Source: a virus
Length of the DNA: 64,000 nucleotides
Virus record (IMG/VR): IMGVR_UViG_3300030387_000070
Reading direction: 5' to 3' (one strand)
In this document: piece by piece, positions 16,671-24,327 of the stretch
Position numbering within the stretch: position 1 is the first letter of the stretch
Layout of the letters: each line of letters begins with the position of its first letter
Position numbers and translations under genes: made by a program
Notes under the pieces: generated by a model
What the model was told of the DNA's origin: nothing
Seen by the model: only the letters and a program-made list of their open reading frames with translations
The model's database searches: none

Positions 16671-18884
16671 ATGAGAACGCTTTTGCTGTTCCGTGGAGCA
16701 CCAGGTTGTGGGAAGTCCACCTATATTAAAGAGCATAATCTTGAGCAGTATGTATTGAATGCTGATACACTTCGACTTATGTGCCAGAGCGCACAGGAAA
16801 CACCTGCCGGGCGGATGGAGATCTCTCCGCAGAATGATGATGTTGTATGGGAGATGCTTTTCAAACTGCTTGAGGTGCGTATGAGTCATGGCGAGTTTAC
16901 CGTGATTGATGCAACGAATTCCAAGACGGTCGAAATGAATCGTTATAAGAATCTTGCAAAACAGTATCGTTATCGGATGTATGTTATTGACATGACGGAC
17001 CTTCCGATTGAGGAATGCAAACGAAGAAACGCTCAGAGAGAATGGCTGAATCGAGTTCCTGAAGCGGCCATTGATAAGATGTACGCTCGGTTTGCTACTC
17101 AAAAAGTTCCTTCTGGTGTGACAGTTCTTCCTTCTACTACGGATGTGATGTCCGATTTGAACTACTGTCCGAATGACTTCAACCAGTGGAAGAAGATCCA
17201 TATCATCGGTGATGTTCATGGCTGTTATACTTGTTTAAGTGAATACCTTGGTGAGATGAAGGACGACGAACTGTATATCTTCGTTGGTGATTATCTCGAT
17301 CGTGGCATCGAAAACGTTGAGGTATTCAAGTTCTTGTGTGATGTTGTAAATAACAACCGCAAGAATGTGATCCTTTTGGAGGGCAATCATGAGTGTTGGC
17401 TAAACAAGTGGGGGCATGATGAACCGGTTCAGAGTGAAGAGTTTGCAAACTACACTCGTCCGCAGCTCTTTAAAGCCGGTATTGACAAGAACACTGCTCG
17501 TAAGATCTATTCCAGAGTAGGCCAATGTGCCTACTTTGAGTATGATGGGAAGCGGTATTTCGTGAGCCACGGTGGTTTGAGTTATCTGCCTTATTTTCTT
17601 CCTTTCGTATCTGCTGATCAGATGATTAAAGGTGTAGGTCGCTATCCTGATATGCTAACCGTGGCTGAGTCTTGGGAAAAATCGATGCCGGATAGCTACA
17701 TTCAGATCTTCGGCCATCGAAATGTGCAGGATGTTCCTATTGATATGGGGCATCGGTGCTACAATCTCGAAGGAAAAATCGAGTTTGGTGGATATCTCCG
17801 TTGCGTTGAACTTGAACACGGTCAGTCAATCAAATGTGTAGAAACCAAGAACGATGTGTTCCGAAAAGAGGAGCCAAAGACTGAAACTGCCGTTGAAATG
17901 AAAACTGAGTTCGATAACGCAGAACTTGTTAGTAAGATGCGTCAAAGCAAATATGTGTTTGAGAAGCGATTCGGAGATATTTCTTCTTTCAACTTCTCTC
18001 GTGAAGCATTTTATAAGAAGCACTGGGATGAGGTTTCTACCAAAGCAAGGGGATTGTTCATTAACACAAAGACGAATAAGATTGTAGCTCGAAGCTATGA
18101 TAAGTTCTTTGCGGTTGATGAGCGGAATGAAACGAGAATTGGAAACCTACAGAACACTTTGAAGTTCCCAGTGACTGCATATCTAAAAGAGAACGGATTT
18201 CTTGGTATCATTTCGTATGATGCAGAACAGGATGGTCTGTTCATTGCAAGTAAATCCACTCCTGAAGGGCCTTTTGCAGATATGTTCCGAAAGATTATTA
18301 TGGATACTACTTCCGATGAAGATCGTAAGAATCTGAAGGAGGTTGCCAAGGAGCATGGCTCCATCATCTTTGAGGTTATTGATCCTGTGAATGATGCTCA
18401 TATCATAGAATACAAGAAACCGCACATTGTTTTGCTGGATGTTGTTGCAAACGATATGAATTTCAGTGTGATAGATTATGATGACTTGAAACGTGTCGCA
18501 GAAAAGTGTCATCTGCAGATTAAGGAGAAGGTTAAAACCTTTGAGAACTGGAGTGAATTCTATCCTTGGTATGAGGAAGTCATGAATGAGAACTATCTGT
18601 ACCATGACATCGAGCATGTTGAAGGCTTTGTTCTGAGAGATAGTAACAACTTTATGTTCAAGTTAAAGCTTCCTTATTATAAGCATTGGAAGTTCCTGCG
18701 TGGTGTTATGAAGAGCGTCCAGAAACGTGGCTATTACGAAAACACCGCCAAGCTGTTTACGGCTGAAGATAATTTGTTCTATGGTTGGATGCGTGAGCAA
18801 CGAGAGAAAGATCAAGAGGCGTTCAGCAAGAAGGGAATCATTCAGCTGCGAAATGAGTTCTATGCAAGTCAGCAGAAGAGTTGA
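16671..18884 (+). CDS. polynucleotide kinase-phosphatase-ligase (Pnkp-like RNA repair enzyme): P-loop kinase, calcineurin-like phosphoesterase and nucleotidyltransferase (ligase-like) domains
   Basis: Walker A GAPGCGKST at the N-terminus; metallophosphoesterase motifs GDVHG, GDYLDRG and GNHE; C-terminal nucleotidyltransferase motifs KENG (KxNG), EGFVLR and KLKLPYYK. Confidence 0.65.
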   Translation: MRTLLLFRGAPGCGKSTYIKEHNLEQYVLNADTLRLMCQSAQETPAGRMEISPQNDDVVWEMLFKLLEVRMSHGEFTVIDATNSKTVEMNRYKNLAKQYRYRMYVIDMTDLPIEECKRRNAQREWLNRVPEAAIDKMYARFATQKVPSGVTVLPSTTDVMSDLNYCPNDFNQWKKIHIIGDVHGCYTCLSEYLGEMKDDELYIFVGDYLDRGIENVEVFKFLCDVVNNNRKNVILLEGNHECWLNKWGHDEPVQSEEFANYTRPQLFKAGIDKNTARKIYSRVGQCAYFEYDGKRYFVSHGGLSYLPYFLPFVSADQMIKGVGRYPDMLTVAESWEKSMPDSYIQIFGHRNVQDVPIDMGHRCYNLEGKIEFGGYLRCVELEHGQSIKCVETKNDVFRKEEPKTETAVEMKTEFDNAELVSKMRQSKYVFEKRFGDISSFNFSREAFYKKHWDEVSTKARGLFINTKTNKIVARSYDKFFAVDERNETRIGNLQNTLKFPVTAYLKENGFLGIISYDAEQDGLFIASKSTPEGPFADMFRKIIMDTTSDEDRKNLKEVAKEHGSIIFEVIDPVNDAHIIEYKKPHIVLLDVVANDMNFSVIDYDDLKRVAEKCHLQIKEKVKTFENWSEFYPWYEEVMNENYLYHDIEHVEGFVLRDSNNFMFKLKLPYYKHWKFLRGVMKSVQKRGYYENTAKLFTAEDNLFYGWMREQREKDQEAFSKKGIIQLRNEFYASQQKS

Positions 18885-19001
18885 GTTAAAATAGACATTT
18901 TATCGTGATTTTCGTTAAAATAATTAACGAAGTATCGTGATATTTATTCCTCCGAAAATGCCATGCGTGGGGCTGACAGCCGGGAAAGACCGGCGATATA
19001 T

Positions 19002-19086
19002 GCCAAGGTGCTGCAAATGGGAGACAGGGCGAGCCCAAACCTCGCTGTGGAAACACATGCGGTTTCGAATACCGTCCTTGGCACCA
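19002..19086 (+). tRNA. tRNA-Leu(CAA), type II, CCA encoded
   Basis: Hand-folded: acceptor GCCAAGG/CCTTGGC, U8, T-loop TTCGAAT, long variable arm, anticodon loop CCCAAAC with an unusual C33, discriminator A73. Confidence 0.55.
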
Positions 19087-19114
19087 GATAATTTTATGAA
19101 GAAAGGATGATTGC

Positions 19115-19798
19115 ATGGTTAATAGGGCAGAAGATCATATTGGTGATGTCTTTGATTTGTTTGAGGTGATTGATGTTATTCGAGATGAAAATAATATTCC
19201 ATCTTACAAATGTCGATGTAAAGAATGTGGATGGACAGGGCTAAAAAATATAGCTCAGGCGAGAGCGGTTAAAGTGTGTCGGCATAAACAATCGAGTGGC
19301 GATTATAGAAATTTTTCTACACGGTGGAAAAACAAAAGAATCGGACGAATCTTTCATGGAATGAAAGCAAGATGCTATGATGTTGATGATAAAAACTATA
19401 TAACGTATGGCATGAAAGGAATTTGTGTTTATCAAGAATGGTTGGATAATCCAAAGTCATTTGAAGAGTGGTCGTTGAAAAATGGATACAAAGATAGTTT
19501 GACAATCGATAGAATTGATTCGACAAAAGATTACTGTCCTGATAATTGCAGATGGATATCATTGGAAGATAATTCAAAATATAAATCCACAACTCGAATG
19601 TTAGAAGTAGATGGTGAAATACATACGGGACGTGATTGGGCGGCAGAATTAGGGCTTGGAACAAACACGATAAATAAATATGTAAGAAGATACGGAGAAG
19701 ATAATACAAAACAATTTATAAGAAGAGTATTAAAGGACCCGGATAAAGTGAATTCTCGACAAGGGAAACAAACTATCTATAATCTTTACATGAACTAA
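19115..19798 (+). CDS. HNH homing endonuclease (HNH_3-type)
   Basis: HNH signature IDRIDSTKDYCPDNCRWISLEDN; low GC relative to neighbours; sits between tRNA genes. Confidence 0.55.
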   Translation: MVNRAEDHIGDVFDLFEVIDVIRDENNIPSYKCRCKECGWTGLKNIAQARAVKVCRHKQSSGDYRNFSTRWKNKRIGRIFHGMKARCYDVDDKNYITYGMKGICVYQEWLDNPKSFEEWSLKNGYKDSLTIDRIDSTKDYCPDNCRWISLEDNSKYKSTTRMLEVDGEIHTGRDWAAELGLGTNTINKYVRRYGEDNTKQFIRRVLKDPDKVNSRQGKQTIYNLYMN

Positions 19799-19805
19799 AT
19801 TGAAA

Positions 19806-19847
19806 TGGCCCAGTGTAAAAACTGAGTACATTGGGCCAAATATTTAT
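19806..19847 (+). terminator. rho-independent terminator (TGGCCCA...TGGGCCA plus AT-rich tail)
   Basis: 7-bp inverted repeat at 19806-19812 and 19832-19838 after the HNH gene. Confidence 0.45.
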
Positions 19848-19851
19848 ATGA

Positions 19852-19935
19852 GCACCCGTGGTGAAATTGGCAACCACGATGGACTTAAAATCCATTCCCG
19901 GTAACGGGTTGCGAGTCCGAGTCTCGCCGGGTGCA
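19852..19935 (+). tRNA. tRNA-Leu(TAA), type II
   Basis: Acceptor GCACCCG/CGGGTGC, anticodon loop CTTAAAA, 15-nt variable arm, A73. Confidence 0.65.
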
Positions 19936-19940
19936 TATTT

Positions 19941-20016
19941 CTGGGCGTAGCGAAGTTGGCATCGCACCTGTTTTGGGAACAGGGGACCGCAAGTTCAAAT
20001 CTTGTCGCTCAGACCA
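19941..20016 (+). tRNA. tRNA-Pro(TGG), CCA encoded
   Basis: Anticodon loop TTTGGGA, T-loop TTCAAAT, acceptor with one G-U pair, ends ACCA. Confidence 0.65.
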
Positions 20017-20023
20017 CTACGAG

Positions 20024-20111
20024 GATTCGCCAAGTTGGTAAGGCAGCGGAATTTGACTCCGCCAGCGCTGAACAAGCGGTCACAGGTTCGAGTCCTGTAT
20101 CCTCGGCTTAT
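20024..20111 (+). tRNA. anomalous type-II tRNA with anticodon TTG (Ser-like G73 body)
   Basis: Acceptor CGAGGAT/ATCCTCG, U8, D-arm GCC-AAGTTGGTAA-GGC, anticodon arm GCGGA-ATTTGAC-TCCGC, 19-nt variable arm, T-loop TTCGAGT, discriminator G. Confidence 0.45.
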
Positions 20112-20113
20112 AT

Positions 20114-20198
20114 GCGGGTATGGTGTAACTGGCAGCCACGTCAGATTTAGGATCTGATGCCGAAAGGCGTGAGGGATCGTGCCCCTCTACCCGTACCA
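20114..20198 (+). tRNA. tRNA-Leu(TAG), type II, CCA encoded
   Basis: Anticodon arm TCAGA-TTTAGGA-TCTGA, 13-nt variable arm, A73, CCA present. Confidence 0.6.
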
Positions 20199-20298
20199 CG
20201 GTCATAGAATGGTTGCGTACCGTTTGTTGATCTCCTTTACTATTATTCCCGGCTCGCCAGTGATGGTGCAGTAGTGCTTTGTAAGCTGGGTTTTCATG

Positions 20299-20372
20299 CA
20301 GCGGTCGTACAACGGCTAGTACATCAGCCTTCCAAGCTGAGGATGAGGTTTCGACTACCTTTCGCTGCTCCA
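20299..20372 (+). tRNA. tRNA-Gly(TCC), CCA encoded
   Basis: Acceptor GCAGCGG/TCGCTGC, anticodon loop CTTCCAA, T-loop TTCGACT, ends TCCA. Confidence 0.6.
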
Positions 20373-20560
20373 ATCTTGTATGGGTAGGATCTTTAGCGGT
20401 CAGATCCAGCCGCGCCTGTGCAAGATACCACCCCGAAAGGGGCGAGATATAGGAAATGTGCATCGCTGTTATTCCTTCCTCGTCTATATGATATAGATGC
20501 AATAGTGTTTTATAAGGAAGGTCCCCAGTTGAATAGTTGCAGCTGTTTGACTGGTAATAT

Positions 20561-20634
20561 GGGATAGTAGCTCAGTTGGTCAGAGCTGGCGGCTCATAAC
20601 CGCTTGGTCGCGAGTTCAAATCTTGCCTGTCCCA
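20561..20634 (+). tRNA. tRNA-Met(CAT), elongator-like
   Basis: Acceptor GGGATAG, D-arm GCTC-AGTTGGTCA-GAGC, anticodon loop CTCATAA, T-loop TTCAAAT; the 1-72 pair is formed, so not an initiator. Confidence 0.6.
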
Positions 20635-20742
20635 CTAACCCGATAGGGTGAATACATAGAATTTGCTAGAAATTTTGTTTTATGGGCGAATAAATAATAT
20701 GACGTTGATACGTCTATTATTTTTCGCTAATTTTTAAAGTTT

Positions 20743-20763
20743 TAGCTATGTAACACAGGATAC
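20743..20763 (+). promoter_or_regulatory. 21-bp promoter-associated motif, direct variant TAGCTATGTAACACAGGATAC
   Basis: Motif copy 3 nt before the AAAGGAGG RBS of the methyltransferase N-terminal part. Confidence 0.45.
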
Positions 20764-20780
20764 GAAAAGGAGGTGGTTTG

Positions 20781-21503
20781 GTGAAACATTATGGAAGTAT
20801 TTGCGAGATTGATGGTTCTAAGATTGAGCCTGTCTCGTGTATCACTGGTGGTTCACCTTGTTAGCCAAGACCTTTCTATTGCCGGCAAGCGGGCAGGTTT
20901 GGCTGGAGAACGGTCTGGTCTATTTATGGAAATGATTCGTGTGATAAAGGAGATGAGGGAGGCCACCAATGGAGAGTATCCAAAATTTGCAATCTGGGAA
21001 AACGTCCCAGGAGCCTTCTCTTCCAACAAAGGAGAAGACTTTAGATGTGTCTTGGAAGAATTTGCACGCATTGTCGAACCAAGTGTTTCAGTTCCTCGAC
21101 CTTCGGGAAGAGAATGTAAGTGGGCAAAAGCTGGAGCAATCGCCGGAAACGGATGGTCCTTGGCGTGGAGATTATTCGACGCTAGTGGTTGGGGTGTTCC
21201 CCAGCGTAGAAAACGTCTCGCGCTTGTCATGGACCTTAGAGGACAATGTGCCGGAAAAGTATTATTTGAGCAAACGGGCGTGTCAGGGGATCTTGATAAG
21301 AGCGTCAAGACGTGGAAAACCATTGCCCGACCTTCTGAAGGATGCACTGCAGGAGATGATTCATTGGTGGGAGATGAAAGATCCTACACTTTGAAGATTC
21401 GTTCTGGCTGCGCAGGGGGGGTAAAGGAGCACTCGTGCAGAATGAATTGAGTGCGACTCTCTCCACTTTGCAAGATCAGACTTTGTTCTGTGTAAAGCAT
21501 TAA
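20781..21503 (+). pseudogene. N-terminal part of a DNA (cytosine-5) methyltransferase (motifs IV, VI, VIII) split across three reading frames
   Basis: GTG 20781 after AAAGGAGG. Frame 0 reads VKHYGSICEIDGSKIEPVSCITGGSPC then TAG at 20853-20855. Frame 1 continues (S)QDLSIAGKR...ENVPG...QRRKRLALV...SYTLKIRSGCAGG. At the G7 run 21415-21421, frame 0 reads GKGALVQNELSATLSTLQDQTLFCVKH and stops at TAA 21501. Confidence 0.55.
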
Positions 21504-21515
21504 GGAGGGAACGGA

Positions 21516-22262
21516 TTGGAAAAAGAAACCAGTTTACATAATTTAAAACAAAATATTTCCACAGCGGTATTTGAAAGCCATAGTCAGGATGCTCGATACA
21601 CTCAGCAAGGTAATACAAGCCCAGCTTGTACAGCTCAATGGGGTACTGGTGGTAATAATATGCCGCTTGTCGCTGAAAAGAAAGCCTTTGCTATGCAGCG
21701 TATTGGCGAATATAAGGAAAGCGAACAGGCCAGCACAATGAAATCTCGTGATTATAAAGATGCAACTGATCTTGTAGTTGAAGAGAAAGAGGTGAAATGT
21801 GCTGGGTTTCCACTTGGATTTAGAGCAGAAAATACGAAATGCTACGATGAAGTGGCTACTACGCTTTGCAATGGTACGCGGCCTGGATTTACTACTGGAT
21901 GTGTTCTCAATTGGATTGTTCGCCGCTTGACTCCTGTTGAGTGTGAACGGTTACAGGGTTTTCCTGATGGATGGACCGATATTGGCGAGTGGGTTGACGA
22001 AAATGGTAAAAAGCACAAGCCAGCCGATTCTCCTCGGTACAAGGCGCTCGGCAATTCGATTGCTTTGCCTCAGTGGTATTGGATTTGCCAGAAGATGAAA
22101 CCGTATATTGGTGAAAATCCTACGCTTGGCAGTCTTTTCGATGGAATCGGTGGCTTTCCGCTTGTCTTTGAAAGTACGTATGGTGATGGTACTGCTATCT
22201 GGGGATCTGAAATTGAATCGTTTTGTGTTGCGGTGACAAAGAAGCATTTTCCAGAAGACTAA
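21516..22262 (+). CDS. C-terminal part of a C5 methyltransferase (TRD, motif IX, motif X) fused to MTase motifs I and II
   Basis: RBS AAGGAGG 7 nt before TTG 21516. Contains RRLTPVECERLQGFPDGWT (motif IX), YKALGNSIALP (motif X), then SLFDGIGGFPL (motif I) and WGSEIE (motif II) before the stop. Confidence 0.55.
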   Translation: MEKETSLHNLKQNISTAVFESHSQDARYTQQGNTSPACTAQWGTGGNNMPLVAEKKAFAMQRIGEYKESEQASTMKSRDYKDATDLVVEEKEVKCAGFPLGFRAENTKCYDEVATTLCNGTRPGFTTGCVLNWIVRRLTPVECERLQGFPDGWTDIGEWVDENGKKHKPADSPRYKALGNSIALPQWYWICQKMKPYIGENPTLGSLFDGIGGFPLVFESTYGDGTAIWGSEIESFCVAVTKKHFPED

Positions 22263-22299
22263 ATCTCATAAAAGGCTAATTCAAATAAGAGGTGACACG

Positions 22300-22506
22300 A
22301 TGAACAGCAAATTTCCTATCAATGCAACCATCGACCCCGGCTCTTTGAATATTCCGGCAAGTCCTATCTTCCAAAAGGAAAAGAATACATATCTTTGTCC
22401 GTTTTGTGTGACGAAGCTGGAGAAGTTCGAGCGTGAATGTTCTGATTGTCATCGCAAGATGGATTGGAGTAGGTTTACTGAAAAGAAGGAGGAGATGTTC
22501 ACTTGA
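22300..22506 (+). CDS. zinc-ribbon small protein
   Basis: RBS AAGAGGTG upstream; CPFC...CSDC. Confidence 0.35.
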   Translation: MNSKFPINATIDPGSLNIPASPIFQKEKNTYLCPFCVTKLEKFERECSDCHRKMDWSRFTEKKEEMFT

Positions 22507-22781
22507 ATATAGATTTCTTCCAACGGCGCAAGACTCAGCTTGAAGATACGCTTCTTTTGAAAAATCAGGCGGTCGATATGCTTGATTATTTAAAGACACA
22601 TTGTATCAACAGCGACCAGTATTGTGCTATTCGAGACTACATTGAAGAAGCTGCGAAGATTCTGGAGAGTGACCTCGAATACGCAAACAACAAGTTGCAG
22701 TCCGCATTCAGACCTAAGTATGGTCGGAATAACAGATTAACTCGTGCTCAATCTAAGATGTTCCGTGATAGAGAATATTAA
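22503..22781 (+). CDS. hypothetical protein
   Basis: TTG start overlapping the upstream stop, preceded by AAGGAGGAG. Confidence 0.35.
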   Translation: MNIDFFQRRKTQLEDTLLLKNQAVDMLDYLKTHCINSDQYCAIRDYIEEAAKILESDLEYANNKLQSAFRPKYGRNNRLTRAQSKMFRDREY

Positions 22782-22798
22782 AAATGGGGTGATGCCAT

Positions 22799-23011
22799 AT
22801 GAACACATGCAAGAAAATATGTAACTGGTGTGGTCGTGAAATCAAGCCGATAGGTAGCGAGCAGGGAATCAGTTTTGAGCATCAATACTCTTATGGTAGC
22901 CAACTTGATGGTTCACTTTTGAGTTTTGATTTGTGTCCTGAGTGTTCAGAACGGTTCCCAGTAGTGCTCGGCGCAATGTTTATACATAATCCATTAAAGG
23001 ACGATTTCTAA
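22799..23011 (+). CDS. zinc-ribbon small protein
   Basis: CNWCG...CPEC. Confidence 0.35.
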   Translation: MNTCKKICNWCGREIKPIGSEQGISFEHQYSYGSQLDGSLLSFDLCPECSERFPVVLGAMFIHNPLKDDF

Positions 23012-23156
23012 CGGCGGGTGCCGTATGAAATATAAGCCATCAATAAACCAGACGGAGGATAATACATAAAATGAATAGTGCATGAATTGATTTAAGACGA
23101 TAACAGGAAACATAAGTGATTATCAATGGAACAAAATTACATAAAGGAGACTTGAT

Positions 23157-24257
23157 ATGGCAGATAGAATTTTTAATCTTCCTCAGACCCGTGGTTCTTT
23201 TGAGATGGCTGGTAAGGTCACCGGCACCCAGCGTAGTAACTTCTATAACGAGAAGGAGACTAAGAGTGGTGCTATGCGCCGTGTCCTGAGCTTTGGCGTT
23301 CAGACTTCCAACGAAAACACTTTCTACGTTGATCTGGCTGGTATGCCTCGTGATAAGGTTTACTTCTTCCGTCGTGCCGATAAGGATAAGGGCATCGAGA
23401 AGGATAAGAAGGAAGTCGCTTGGAAGGATCGTCTGACTTATATTGCACCGGAAGGCTACGACATGATTGGCGTTAAGGTCGGTGTTACTAAGAAGACGAA
23501 TGAGTCTGGTAAGGTCGTCAATGATAACAAGACTCTAACCGACTTCGATGCAGCTAAGGAGATTTCCGAGAACCTGCATGACGGTGACAACGTGTATGTC
23601 CGTGGCAATATCGAGTACAGCACCTATAACGGCAAACACCAGATTCGCTTTGTTCCTACTCAGGTTTCTCTGAGCTCTAAGGAAATCGACTTCGATGCAG
23701 AGGGTTTTGAAGAGCTGGCTCTGTTTACTCAGACCATTGTTTATACTGGTTGCCGTAAGAGCGATGAGTGCGATGAGGTAGTTGTCGATGCAAAGATCGT
23801 GAACTACAACACCATTGAGGATGCAGAGTTCTTCATTGATTATAAGGCAAACGCTCAGAATAAGGTTCTGGCTGATTCTATTCGTAAGCGTCTGAAGCCT
23901 TATACTAGCTTCGAGTGTTTTGGTCCCATCGTTAATCAGCAGAAGGTTGAGGAAGTTGAGACTGAGAATATCTGGGGTGGTCCTAACAAGATGAAGCGTC
24001 AGAGCACTCCGGCAATTCGCAAGCTGTATATCGAGGGTGTTAATCCTGATTCCTTTGATCCGAATCCTGGTGATAAGGACGCGGAGCCCACTTACACTGA
24101 GGACAATATCTCTGAAGCACGGGCAAAAATTGCTGCCAACGCTCAGGCAAAGAAGGACTTCGACGGCAAAGCTGCTGAGAACGACACTTCTTGGTGGGGT
24201 GGTTCTAACAAGTCTACTGCAACTCCTGATGATGAGGAAGATATCAACTGGGGCTAA
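23157..24257 (+). CDS. putative phage single-stranded DNA-binding protein (OB-fold, acidic C-terminal tail)
   Basis: RBS AAAGGAGA upstream; acidic DDEEDINWG C-terminus and a central OB-like segment; call based on synteny and composition only. Confidence 0.4.
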   Translation: MADRIFNLPQTRGSFEMAGKVTGTQRSNFYNEKETKSGAMRRVLSFGVQTSNENTFYVDLAGMPRDKVYFFRRADKDKGIEKDKKEVAWKDRLTYIAPEGYDMIGVKVGVTKKTNESGKVVNDNKTLTDFDAAKEISENLHDGDNVYVRGNIEYSTYNGKHQIRFVPTQVSLSSKEIDFDAEGFEELALFTQTIVYTGCRKSDECDEVVVDAKIVNYNTIEDAEFFIDYKANAQNKVLADSIRKRLKPYTSFECFGPIVNQQKVEEVETENIWGGPNKMKRQSTPAIRKLYIEGVNPDSFDPNPGDKDAEPTYTEDNISEARAKIAANAQAKKDFDGKAAENDTSWWGGSNKSTATPDDEEDINWG

Positions 24258-24270
24258 AATTTTTTAGTTT

Positions 24271-24291
24271 TAGCTAAGTAATACAGGATAC
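24271..24291 (+). promoter_or_regulatory. 21-bp promoter-associated motif, direct variant TAGCTAAGTAATACAGGATAC
   Basis: Copy located 37 nt before ATG 24328. Confidence 0.45.
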
Positions 24292-24327
24292 CGATAAAAG
24301 AAAAGATTTAGAAAGGAATTTACATAT

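Noticed and set aside
16653-17219. 188-aa minus-strand ORF
   Set aside because: Antisense to the Pnkp-like gene.
20199-20298. Eighth tRNA
   Set aside because: Could not build an acceptable cloverleaf (no T-loop consensus); left as unassigned structured DNA.
20080-20502. 140-aa minus-strand ORF
   Set aside because: Lies antisense across tRNA-Leu(TAG), tRNA-Gly and GC-rich structured DNA; no RBS. Artefact of the tRNA region.
20847-20856. Possibility that the TAG at the PCQ motif is decoded as Gln (stop-codon recoding phage)
   Set aside because: Reading through in frame 0 gives nonsense (PRPFYCRQAGRFGW…), whereas frame +1 continues the MTase (QDLSIAGKR…). This is a frameshift, not a recoded stop. 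No CUA-anticodon tRNA was found.
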